From Candidatus Hodarchaeota archaeon (GTDB lineage Archaea > Asgardarchaeota > Heimdallarchaeia > Hodarchaeales > Hodarchaeaceae), in assembly GCA_016839785.1 (NCBI GenBank), contig JAEOTQ010000203.1, positions 1-37,929 of the forward strand: a DNA stretch of 37,929 nt, given 5' to 3'. Positions 28,063-36,768 of the stretch are shown here, in pieces. The notes below the pieces were generated by a model that saw nothing but the letters and a program-made list of their open reading frames with translations, searched no databases and was not told the DNA's origin. Position 1 is the stretch's first letter, and each line of letters begins with the position of its first letter. A program made the translations under genes and the position numbers.

Positions 28063-28839
28063 TTAGAGACTTACTTCTTGCACTGTTTTCCGCATAATTA
28101 GAGGAAGAGTCCCCGTTAATAGATATATTGGTGCAAGAGGAATGTAGAGAAGTACTATAAACGTTTCTAAACTTATAGGAACAATCGATATAGATATCAT
28201 GGCTATTGTGAGAAAAACAATTGTAACTCCAAGAACTAGAAAAGAAATTGTCCTTAGTTTCGATATCCAATTTTTAATTTCATATTGGAGCGAAAATACC
28301 TTTATTGAGACTTCTTGATCAGTGTTAAATCTGTTTGCCAGAAAGATAAAAACAAAGTAATAAACCGCTTCAAATCCTCCATCAAGAGTTGAAATCACTT
28401 TAGCTAGAAGATTATTGTAAACTGGAGTGAGTTCAGCAAACGTGTAATCCAGAATTACAAATCTATCGTTCATAGCCTGCAGTGGCCATAAGATAGCAAC
28501 ACCATCAAGGTAAAACAAATCCATAACAGCATGAACCGCCATTCCAAAAACGAAACCTAAAATAAATAGATTACCATCTTGGAATTCATTAGATTTCAAT
28601 CTAGAAAGAGGTAAACCCACGAATAATATGAACCCCATAATAATAACGCTATGCGTTACTGACCTATGAAAGAAAATGGTTAATTCCATGTCTTGAGTGA
28701 AAATATATAAAACAATACTACCTAATAAATCTAAATCAGGAAAAACAGATCCCCACGCAATACCAAGTTTACCTGATTTGGATTTAACCTTACTTGCAAA
28801 GAGTAAGCCGAGAAGGCCATGAAAACCAGTGTGTGGCAT
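28063..28839 (-). CDS. membrane-bound metal-dependent hydrolase (YdjM/DUF457-like)
   Basis: 'H..FH', 'GSVFPDLD', 'HRSVTHS', 'HAVMD', 'G.AILWP'. Confidence 0.88.
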   Translation of the reverse strand: MPHTGFHGLLGLLFASKVKSKSGKLGIAWGSVFPDLDLLGSIVLYIFTQDMELTIFFHRSVTHSVIIMGFILFVGLPLSRLKSNEFQDGNLFILGFVFGMAVHAVMDLFYLDGVAILWPLQAMNDRFVILDYTFAELTPVYNNLLAKVISTLDGGFEAVYYFVFIFLANRFNTDQEVSIKVFSLQYEIKNWISKLRTISFLVLGVTIVFLTIAMISISIVPISLETFIVLLYIPLAPIYLLTGTLPLIMRKTVQEVSL

Positions 28840-29366
28840 ATTTAGAGCAATTAATCAGAATGATTATATGATTTAAGTCCGCTCCCAATTTTATATAGAA
28901 ATGATACGGTAAAAGAGATTGGACTGAATAGACACACAAATTTCCTTAATTTTTGTATATTCAGGTATATAAAACGTACATCCGATACTTCTTAGTGTTC
29001 TTGAGTATAAGGAGTGCTTCTACATTTAAACATTATAGTTTTATGTCTTAGGGGGAACTAATAATTGCTAAACAAACCACGGTGGACTTGACTGGAATGC
29101 AACAAGTCTTACTAGCGAGTAGCAGCCCAAATAATCCTGAATACCATGTTTGAACTGATATCCGTAATTCGAAAATAAAATCGAGGATTTTGATGTTAAA
29201 ATATCGCAAACCCACTTCTCAAAAATGTTCTCTTCCACCATATAAACAAAATTCCTAAACAGATGAGATTCTACGGAGAGATTGACTAGCTAGTTTTATA
29301 GTAATTTATGTCCCCGAACCAAGTAACCTCGGGAAAATACGAATTAAACTGGACTAGGTATGAAAT

Positions 29367-30110
29367 ATGTATAGAGCGGGAAGAGTAAGTCGCGTCTTAC
29401 AACATGGGATGCCTGATGGATTCAAAGGTGTATTTAAAATTAATATTGTTGGATCTACTGGATCAGGAAAAACAGCTTTCATGAAACGAATTCTAGGAGA
29501 TCTTTTTAAACCACAATCTGATATTAGAAGGCGCTCTAATATAGAAAATAAGGTAGACACTACACATACATGGTTTCGAGTTGGTTCAACAAATCAGGAA
29601 GAAGAATCAACAACAACTTTGTCTCTGAATTCAGCTGGAATCTTGCTTGTGCGTACTTTGTTCAATTCTATTGAATTTCATGCCCCTGAAGAAGTAGATA
29701 CCATTTTACAACGAGATGATATTGAGGAGATTTACAAATTGAATTTCTTTGATAACGCAGGTCAAGAACGGTTTGATTTTATGCCTGATATTACCATGCG
29801 AGGGAGTGATGCAGTGATCATCATTGTCGATGGGACTAATATGGGCAGTATCGGTAAGGTCAACTACTTCTTGGAGCTAATTCGAGAAGAAGAAAATCGG
29901 AAAAATCAAGAGGAACAAATTCCTATAATAATCCTGTTGAACAAAGCGGATTTATTAGACCATGGTTGCTATATAGGCCTTGATAGTATAAAACACATGA
30001 TTACTGCACGGGCGGATCTATATGAAACTTCTATGGTCACAGGTGAAGGAGTAGATGATTCTATTAGAACCTTAGTCTCTCATTTACATGATAAAGCTCT
30101 TTCTAATTAG
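29367..30110 (+). CDS. Ras/Rab-like small GTPase with insertions
   Basis: G1 'FKINIVGSTGSGKT', G3 'FFDNAGQERF', G4 'LLNKAD', G5 'YETSMVTGEGV'. Confidence 0.9.
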   Translation: MYRAGRVSRVLQHGMPDGFKGVFKINIVGSTGSGKTAFMKRILGDLFKPQSDIRRRSNIENKVDTTHTWFRVGSTNQEEESTTTLSLNSAGILLVRTLFNSIEFHAPEEVDTILQRDDIEEIYKLNFFDNAGQERFDFMPDITMRGSDAVIIIVDGTNMGSIGKVNYFLELIREEENRKNQEEQIPIIILLNKADLLDHGCYIGLDSIKHMITARADLYETSMVTGEGVDDSIRTLVSHLHDKALSN

Positions 30111-30114
30111 TTAA

Positions 30115-30495
30115 TTATTTGAAGTAACTTATTATTAGTAATATTCCTGCGATGAGGATAAATCCTCCTCCCAATGTCCCCCCAACAATCCCTAAGACAA
30201 CTCCAAAAACACCCCACGTGAATAACCGATCTTTTTTCTCAACTGATTCTGCCAAATCAGCATATCCTTTAACTCCGATCAATCCAGAAATGAAAGAAAT
30301 TAGGCTAGATAAGAACCATCCTTTAGAACCAAGTGTACTGGAGGTTAATGTAATAGCAATTATATTCAAGTCAATTATCCAAAGCTGATTTGAATCAGAA
30401 AGGAGATTTGTTATCGCAAAAATACTTGCAACCAAAATCATTAACCAGCTTCCAATACCAAGGAAAACCCTCGCTAATTTTTCAATTGAAATCAA
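30115..30495 (-). CDS. small multi-TM membrane protein
   Basis: 126 aa, three to four hydrophobic Gly-rich segments; start codon uncertain. Confidence 0.7.
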   Translation of the reverse strand: MISIEKLARVFLGIGSWLMILVASIFAITNLLSDSNQLWIIDLNIIAITLTSSTLGSKGWFLSSLISFISGLIGVKGYADLAESVEKKDRLFTWGVFGVVLGIVGGTLGGGFILIAGILLIISYFK

Positions 30496-30613
30496 TTTTA
30501 TCGTCTCGTACCCAAGATTTCAGGTTTATATATTCACTATACAGAATCAACATAATGCTTAAAAACTGAATTTTCATTTCTTCTTAGAATTCTTAAACGT
30601 ATGAGGGGTAATC

Positions 30614-31636
30614 TTGGCAAAAAAAAATGCAAGAAATCGGACTTTTACAATAATATTTGTGTTCTTAACGGTTACATTGATTTCATTCAATGTTCCTTTG
30701 TTATTTGGTGATATTTCTGTTTCTACTGAGTGGATACAGTCAAGTAATGGCTTAGAAGAATGGACGCAAATGGATGGCGATGAATTCTATGATAGTTCTG
30801 ATTATTATTCATTCGACGTTGAATATTTTGAAGGGGAATATACTGGATCAGGAATAGCTAATCAAACAGAATGGTGGACTCCCAATCTTATAGATCCAAT
30901 GGCTTTTGTAGGGATATATAAAAATGAGGGATTAGGACTCGCATCTGATGAATGGGAGTACTCTATGCTTATTGATGTAAATAATACTCAGCAGACAAGT
31001 GGCAGTTATACCTTTAAAGGGTATATGTACATGGAAATTCATAATGAGAACAAAGAAATAATGCTGCAGTTGAACATTGTCGATAATCAAGGAAGTACTG
31101 GGTTGCATGATTCTCGTATAGAATACTCGTATTTTGACGTCGAGGAAATAGCTCACCTTAATTATACTAGCTACCGGGGAACCACATTCAATATTGACGA
31201 CGAACTTATGGGCATAAAGAAAAATGGAACAGGTATCTTTTGGAAACTCCCTGAAGCTTGGATTACTCCTTCTACTGGTCAGTGGATTTATTGGGGATCT
31301 GAAGCTTCACTACTTTCTCGTGGAACCCCAAATTACTTGATAGTTAAACTTTCAAGACAGTGGCGACGACCTACAGAGTGGTCCTTTCAGAATCTCTCTT
31401 TCCAATATAGTATTCTCTCTACTACAAGTACTACAATAGAGGATACTACTACTACTACTACTGCCACAGAAAGTACCACATCTACCCAAACGAGTTCAGA
31501 GTTTACCACAACAACATCATCAGAGAGTGCGGATACGGATGAAAGTGGACCTCAAATCACTTCTGGATTTAAATGGGCAATGATTATTCTCCCTATTTTA
31601 CTTGGGATATACTCTACAAAAAAACTGAAGAGATAA
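30614..31636 (+). CDS. cell-surface (glyco)protein with signal peptide, Thr/Ser-rich linker and C-terminal sorting signal
   Basis: Basic N-terminus plus hydrophobic helix; aromatic beta-rich domain with several N-x-S/T sequons; T-rich linker; 'TSGF' + TM + 'KKLKR'. GAGGGG RBS before TTG. Confidence 0.82.
   Translation: MAKKNARNRTFTIIFVFLTVTLISFNVPLLFGDISVSTEWIQSSNGLEEWTQMDGDEFYDSSDYYSFDVEYFEGEYTGSGIANQTEWWTPNLIDPMAFVGIYKNEGLGLASDEWEYSMLIDVNNTQQTSGSYTFKGYMYMEIHNENKEIMLQLNIVDNQGSTGLHDSRIEYSYFDVEEIAHLNYTSYRGTTFNIDDELMGIKKNGTGIFWKLPEAWITPSTGQWIYWGSEASLLSRGTPNYLIVKLSRQWRRPTEWSFQNLSFQYSILSTTSTTIEDTTTTTTATESTTSTQTSSEFTTTTSSESADTDESGPQITSGFKWAMIILPILLGIYSTKKLKR
31445..31462 (+). repeat. (ACT)6 trinucleotide repeat encoding poly-Thr
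   Basis: actactactactactact within the Thr-rich linker. Confidence 0.8.
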
Positions 31637-31645
31637 ATATCAATC

Positions 31646-32095
31646 TTATCTCACTTTCTCAAGTATTTTAACTTTAAAATTTAGTGTAATCCCAGCAAGA
31701 GGATGATTAAAATCCAGCGTTACCTCTTCCTCTGTAAAATCAATAATTTTTGTAGGTGTTTCATTTCCATCCGAATCATCTAAAATCAAGAGATTTCCAA
31801 TTTCTAATTCACTTTTTGTGGGTAAATGCTCTCTTGGGATTAGTTTAATCCTATCAAATCTGTATTCACCATATGCCTCTGAAGGTGATAATCTTATTAT
31901 TTTCATTTCTCCCACTTCCATACCAGGGAGAGCTTCTTCAAATGCATCTAAAAATACTCCTTCTCCTACTGTTACCTTCATTGGGAATCCATGAATCTCT
32001 GTACTATCAAATACTCTTCCATCATCTAGAAATCCTTCATACTCAATGCGAATCCGATCACCTTTTTGAACAGGCATAATTGAGCCTTCATTCAT
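31646..32095 (-). CDS. slyD: FKBP-type peptidyl-prolyl cis-trans isomerase (SlyD-like)
   Basis: 'KGD.I.IEYEG.LDDG.VFDST', 'FEEAL.GM.VGE', 'PSEAYG', 'DFNHPLAG.TL.F.VKI'. No His-rich tail. ATG at 32095 overlaps the gltX stop (alternative start 32077). Confidence 0.92.
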   Translation of the reverse strand: MNEGSIMPVQKGDRIRIEYEGFLDDGRVFDSTEIHGFPMKVTVGEGVFLDAFEEALPGMEVGEMKIIRLSPSEAYGEYRFDRIKLIPREHLPTKSELEIGNLLILDDSDGNETPTKIIDFTEEEVTLDFNHPLAGITLNFKVKILEKVR

Positions 32096-33825
32096 TGATG
32101 AGTCCAAATTAAATTGACCGAGGAATCCACTTTTTCGACTCTACAGAATGCAAATCTTTCAAATTGGATAATGGATCCTGGATGGACTTTTAAAAGATCG
32201 GGTTCAGCGATTCCGTCAATATAGGTACCATCAGTGGTTAAAATTGACGTTGAAACTCCTGAGTGTACTGGTGACCATTGGAGCATTGTTGCCTTTTCTT
32301 TCCGAGCAGTACTGATGTCCATACTATGAAATTCAGCCTTTACCCCTTTTCTTGACACAGAAGAAACAGTCACATTCATTAAATCTTTTAGTCTGATAAT
32401 TGTTTCCTTTTTAACAGATTTTAATTCCTCATAGGGGAGATTGACTTGAATTCTATTTTTCTTTACATTTAATGCGATTGATCGTGTCCCCTTCTCGGGA
32501 AATTCAGGGTGCAGAAGTGGTGTAGCAGAAGGAATGTCATCAGGAGTATTAGTTATCGTACAGACGATTGGATCGATAGTGAGAAAGTATCTATTCGCTT
32601 GAGCATCTATTAACTTTCTATTCACTGAATATATCTGATCAGGAGAAAAAGTGACATCTACAGGGCTCATTCCAATAGTGAGAAGAGAATTTCTAATAGC
32701 TTCAGCTTGAATACCTCGTCGTTCTAGAGATTGAAGTGTCCAAGTACGAGGATCTGTCCAACCTTCATATTCTCCAGAACGTATTTTTTGAGCAGCTTTA
32801 CTCTTACTTAATTGCAAATCTTTAAGTTTCATTCTTCCATAAAGGCTTATGGAGGGTTTTTTCCAGTTAAAGATATCCCAAATCTTTTCCTCAAGAATTC
32901 CTTCCTTTCGTAGGTCTTTTCCTCGAATTATATGGGAGATTTGAAGCTCATGGTCATCTATCCCCCACGAAAATTCCAATAGAGGCCATACGCGATACCT
33001 TGAACCAACTCGTGGATGGTCTCGTTCAGAAATACGTAACATTACTGGGTCTCGAATAGCTGGATCCGGCGTGTTCATCCCTGTTTTTAGTCTAACAACA
33101 GCACCCATTTCTGGGTACGTGCCATCAAGCATTTTTTCCCAGCGTGCGAGATTATCCTCTATACTCAGACTTCGACATGGACATTCTTTCTGTTCAACCT
33201 TGTACGTTGTCCGCCAAATAGAGCCATCACAATCACACACATAACCTTGCCCTTTATTGAGGATCTTAACACAGTAGTCATAGAAAAGCTGAAGACGATC
33301 AGATTTATAGAATGTCTTGTGCACTTTTACATCTAAGAATGTAAGACCTTCAGGAATTGAATCATAGGCATTGGGGTCAATGATTTTTGTTTTTGATCCA
33401 ATAGTATCATCGAATACTAGATAGAGTTTACCTTTGTATTTTCTCGCGAGATAATCGTTTAATACAACCATACGGCTGTTGCCAATATGTAATGGACCTG
33501 ATGGATAGGGTGCGAGTCTTAAAGCGACTTTTTTAAATCTCTCGAGATTTGGGAGTTCTATTTTGATTTCTTTTTTCTTCTTCTCCTGGGAGGGTATGCT
33601 CTGTGGATCGATATCAAGCAGACGTTTTGTTTGTTGATCCAGGTTCATCTCATTAACCTTTTTGATAGTGATATCAATCAAAGGACGAATTTGAGCTATC
33701 AAGGGTTTAATCTTCTTGGGGTCTGATTGAATTATGGCACCTAGTGTCGATTTTGGATCAGCTTTACCTTTATATTTGATAGCATTAATGAGACAATATT
33801 TTAAGATTAATTCATCGAGTTCCAA
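32092..33825 (-). CDS. gltX: glutamate--tRNA ligase, archaeal type
   Basis: Archaeal N-terminus 'L.NAIKYKGKA', 'RLAPYPSGPLHIGN', 'FDDT', 'YVCDC...CPCR', 'GIDDH', 'IIRGKD', 'LSKS', C-terminal 'QFERFAFCRVE'. TTG at 33825 follows GAGGT; the ORF track starts at 33873. Confidence 0.96.
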   Translation of the reverse strand: MELDELILKYCLINAIKYKGKADPKSTLGAIIQSDPKKIKPLIAQIRPLIDITIKKVNEMNLDQQTKRLLDIDPQSIPSQEKKKKEIKIELPNLERFKKVALRLAPYPSGPLHIGNSRMVVLNDYLARKYKGKLYLVFDDTIGSKTKIIDPNAYDSIPEGLTFLDVKVHKTFYKSDRLQLFYDYCVKILNKGQGYVCDCDGSIWRTTYKVEQKECPCRSLSIEDNLARWEKMLDGTYPEMGAVVRLKTGMNTPDPAIRDPVMLRISERDHPRVGSRYRVWPLLEFSWGIDDHELQISHIIRGKDLRKEGILEEKIWDIFNWKKPSISLYGRMKLKDLQLSKSKAAQKIRSGEYEGWTDPRTWTLQSLERRGIQAEAIRNSLLTIGMSPVDVTFSPDQIYSVNRKLIDAQANRYFLTIDPIVCTITNTPDDIPSATPLLHPEFPEKGTRSIALNVKKNRIQVNLPYEELKSVKKETIIRLKDLMNVTVSSVSRKGVKAEFHSMDISTARKEKATMLQWSPVHSGVSTSILTTDGTYIDGIAEPDLLKVHPGSIIQFERFAFCRVEKVDSSVNLIWTHQ

Positions 33826-33982
33826 ATAATCTACCTCAAGAAAAGAAAGGATGACTATATTTACGGATACCAAGAGCCCTTTTAAAGTAAGTATCTAGTA
33901 TTTAACTGAAGTAAATTTTCAAAAAGAGGGTGGATATTTCACTTATTGTCAGTTTCAGTGACAAGCCGGTGTTTAATTTTTT

Positions 33983-34684
33983 ATGGAGAATCTAACAATA
34001 GACAAAATTATCTCTCAAAGCCTAGAAACCTTCAAAAATTGTCCAAACCATGAAGATTGCGAAAACTGCAAGAAACAGATATGTGTAAGCATCGTTGCAG
34101 TAGCGGATTTTCCGAGTAAATTCGGGACATTCAAAATAATTGGCTTTGTCAATAATAAAGACAAAGAAGAGCATATTGCCATAATGAAGGGAGATGTGGT
34201 AGATAAAGAGAATGTTTTAACACGAGTTCATTCTTCCTGTCTAACGGGTGACGCGTTGGAATCATTACGGTGTGATTGTGGACCGCAACTTGGCACTGCT
34301 TTGAGTATGATTGAAAAGGAGGGAACTGGCCTAGTGATATACATGCAACAGGAGGGTAGGGGAATCGGATTACTAAATAAGCTTCGTGCTTATGCTCTTC
34401 AAGATGAGGGGTATGATACCGTAGAAGCTAATATCGTGTTAGGTTTTGGAGCAGATCAACGAGATTATGATATTTCTGGCGAAATGATACGTACACTCGG
34501 AGTAAAAAGTGTACGTTTAATTACAAATAACCCCGAAAAAATTAAACAGCTAGAACAATACTTACCGATAACTGAACGGGTACCCCTTGAATTAGCGACT
34601 ACAGAGCATAATATAAAGTACATGGAAACAAAAAAACAACGATTTGGACATTATTTAACAATATTCCGTCCAGGTCAAGAATAA
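33983..34684 (+). CDS. ribA: GTP cyclohydrolase II
   Basis: 'RVHSSCLTGD...SLRCDCG.QL', 'QEGRGIGL.NK..AY.LQD.G.DTVEAN', 'D.RDY', 'TNNPEK', 'Y..TK...FGH'. Confidence 0.96.
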   Translation: MENLTIDKIISQSLETFKNCPNHEDCENCKKQICVSIVAVADFPSKFGTFKIIGFVNNKDKEEHIAIMKGDVVDKENVLTRVHSSCLTGDALESLRCDCGPQLGTALSMIEKEGTGLVIYMQQEGRGIGLLNKLRAYALQDEGYDTVEANIVLGFGADQRDYDISGEMIRTLGVKSVRLITNNPEKIKQLEQYLPITERVPLELATTEHNIKYMETKKQRFGHYLTIFRPGQE

Positions 34685-34729
34685 GTGTTGAACCATTAGC
34701 CTTAATATATCATATGGGTGAATTGTCAC

Positions 34730-35722
34730 ATGGATGCAGTTTCTGGTTTTATCAATTTACTAGGTGACCTTTTCTGGGTATATTTGTTCATCTTACTTGG
34801 AATTGTTTGGAGATTTTCCCCACTCTACAAGAAGAGTTATGCCACATATATCACGAAGATAATTATTTCCGTTTTTTTTCCGATTTCCATAATATCCTCA
34901 TTTGCTAATGTCGAAACTTTTGGAGGAATAATCATTCTTCAAATTGCGATAATTTCCATCTTAGTTCATTTGGGAGGGTATTATTTTTTTCTATTTCTCT
35001 CCCGAGAGGAAGGTTATACACCAGATAACGGAGCTATTGCCTTAACTGTGACATTTCCCAATGCGCTTTTGTTTCCGTTTCCAATTATTCTAGCAATTTT
35101 AGGAAATGATGCCATATTTTATGCAGCTCTTTTTGTGTTTTTTGCAATGATAATAAGAAATACATTCGGAATGTATATTGGAGCTCGATTCAGTAATAAT
35201 GTACAGGGAGAAAAGGAAAATGGTAGTCAGGGTGAATTCCAACTCAAGAAGCTACTGATCTATGTATTTAAGTTTCCTCCCTTCTTAGCGGTGATAATAG
35301 GATTTCTATTGCATATACTAGTTGGCCCTGAAGTGATAGGTTCCTTTCCAGGATTGGACATCTGGAAGTCGATTGCTTTATATGGCTCTTTATTATTAGT
35401 AGGGGTTTCTTTTCGTGATTTAAGCGATTTACATCCACAAAAACTATTTTCAAAAAATACTGTCCGCGTTTCGGGAATCAGGTTTGTTGTAGCTCCATTT
35501 TTTGCACTTATAGCTGTAATATTGTTTAATCTTGAACCAATTGTAGCAATTCCGATATTAATTCAGAGTATGGCCCCTCCTGCCGTCTCGAATATTGTCT
35601 ATGGGACCTTTTTCAAGTTAAATGAGTCATTGATGAGTTCAGTAATAACGATTGTAACATTATTGGCATTAGTTGTATTACCGTTTGAATTATTATTATT
35701 TCTTACGTTATTTCCAACGTAA
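34730..35722 (+). CDS. AEC (auxin efflux carrier / Mem_trans) family transporter
   Basis: 10 TM; 'FPN....PFPI...ILG', 'FPPFLA', 'RFVVAP', 'QSMAPPAV'. Confidence 0.85.
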   Translation: MDAVSGFINLLGDLFWVYLFILLGIVWRFSPLYKKSYATYITKIIISVFFPISIISSFANVETFGGIIILQIAIISILVHLGGYYFFLFLSREEGYTPDNGAIALTVTFPNALLFPFPIILAILGNDAIFYAALFVFFAMIIRNTFGMYIGARFSNNVQGEKENGSQGEFQLKKLLIYVFKFPPFLAVIIGFLLHILVGPEVIGSFPGLDIWKSIALYGSLLLVGVSFRDLSDLHPQKLFSKNTVRVSGIRFVVAPFFALIAVILFNLEPIVAIPILIQSMAPPAVSNIVYGTFFKLNESLMSSVITIVTLLALVVLPFELLLFLTLFPT

Positions 35723-35831
35723 ATTCCTCATTTGATATCATGAATGTTTTCGAGATTTTCACTAAACCCATAATTGATAAGTCTCATTGATAATATGCGA
35801 ATTGTTGATGTTAAAATCGAGAGGATTTTCA

Positions 35832-36404
35832 GTGGCTAAAAAAATGTGGAAAATTGTACCAAAAGGTAAATTCTTCATTGGAGTAAGTGTAACAACCAAA
35901 GGAGTATATGGAAATACAGTTCCTTATCCAACTAAAGGTATGGTCGAAGAAAAGATATCAGAGTACTTTCCAGAGGATTTGGTTATAGAAAAATACAACG
36001 ATGAGGCATTGAACGAGTTGGTTGATCAAGCTGCAGAAATTATCTATCAACGATGGATTGGGAAGGACTATTTGTTTCAAAATGAACCTCCCTTTGATTA
36101 TAGTGAGTATTCATCAAAGCAAATTCAAGTCTTGAAGACTTGTGCTACTGTCCCTTATGGTACAACACTTTCTTATGGTGAATTAGCATCGAAATCTGGT
36201 TATGTTGGAGCAGCGAGATTTGCCGGAACATGTATGGCAAAGACTCGTTTTCCTATTCTAATTCCCTGTCATCGTATTACCCGTGCTAGCTCCTTAGGAA
36301 AATATGGTGACGATCCAAACATGAAACAAATGTTACTTGAAAGGGAAGGAATTGATGTGATTAATCTCTTCAGAAAAAAAAGAAAGATTAAGACCCCTAT
36401 CTAA
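35832..36404 (+). CDS. ogt: methylated-DNA--protein-cysteine methyltransferase
   Basis: 'VPYG.T.SYGELA...G...AAR.AG', active site 'IPCHR', 'K..LL.REG'. GTG at 35832 follows GAGG; the ORF track starts at 35787. Confidence 0.92.
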   Translation: MAKKMWKIVPKGKFFIGVSVTTKGVYGNTVPYPTKGMVEEKISEYFPEDLVIEKYNDEALNELVDQAAEIIYQRWIGKDYLFQNEPPFDYSEYSSKQIQVLKTCATVPYGTTLSYGELASKSGYVGAARFAGTCMAKTRFPILIPCHRITRASSLGKYGDDPNMKQMLLEREGIDVINLFRKKRKIKTPI

Positions 36405-36429
36405 TTGTTAGTATCTTTAATTCATCGAT

Positions 36430-36720
36430 TTAAATTACCCAACCAAAAAAAGTCACAATATACACTGCTTCGCCAGTAAAATAGACTAGAGCGATAAAAG
36501 GAAGTTTAACAAACGATTTTGGGACATTCTTAACTAAGATTGTTTCACCAAGATAATTATAAGGAGTTTCGCCTCCTAAATGATTTGTAACTAAATCAAA
36601 AGCTCTTTCTTCAGTAATCCAGGGTGCCCATGCTAAAATTACAAATATACCCAGAATCAGAATTGCCCGTGTACGACGTTTCTGAGCTGCATCCATTTTT
36701 CTTATCGTGAAAGTTAGCAC
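36430..36720 (-). CDS. small membrane-anchored hypothetical protein
   Basis: Basic N-terminus, then TM helix 'AILILGIFVILAWAPW'; 96 aa. Confidence 0.7.
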   Translation of the reverse strand: MLTFTIRKMDAAQKRRTRAILILGIFVILAWAPWITEERAFDLVTNHLGGETPYNYLGETILVKNVPKSFVKLPFIALVYFTGEAVYIVTFFGWVI

Positions 36721-36768
36721 TCAAAATCATATATATCTTCATTGATTGGTTCATAAAAACTAAAAAAA

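Noticed and set aside
28840-29366. Longest intergenic gap as possible SRP RNA, RNase P RNA, tRNA or riboswitch (GGGGA at 29052 could pair with TCCCC at 29311)
   Set aside because: AT-rich, only short stems, and no SRP helix-8, RNase P P4 or tRNA T-loop signatures were seen. An Infernal/Rfam scan would be decisive.
32092-33825. HIGN and LSKS instead of HIGH and KMSKS in GluRS
   Set aside because: Both fall within known variation for class I synthetases, archaeal GluRS in particular; not evidence of inactivation.
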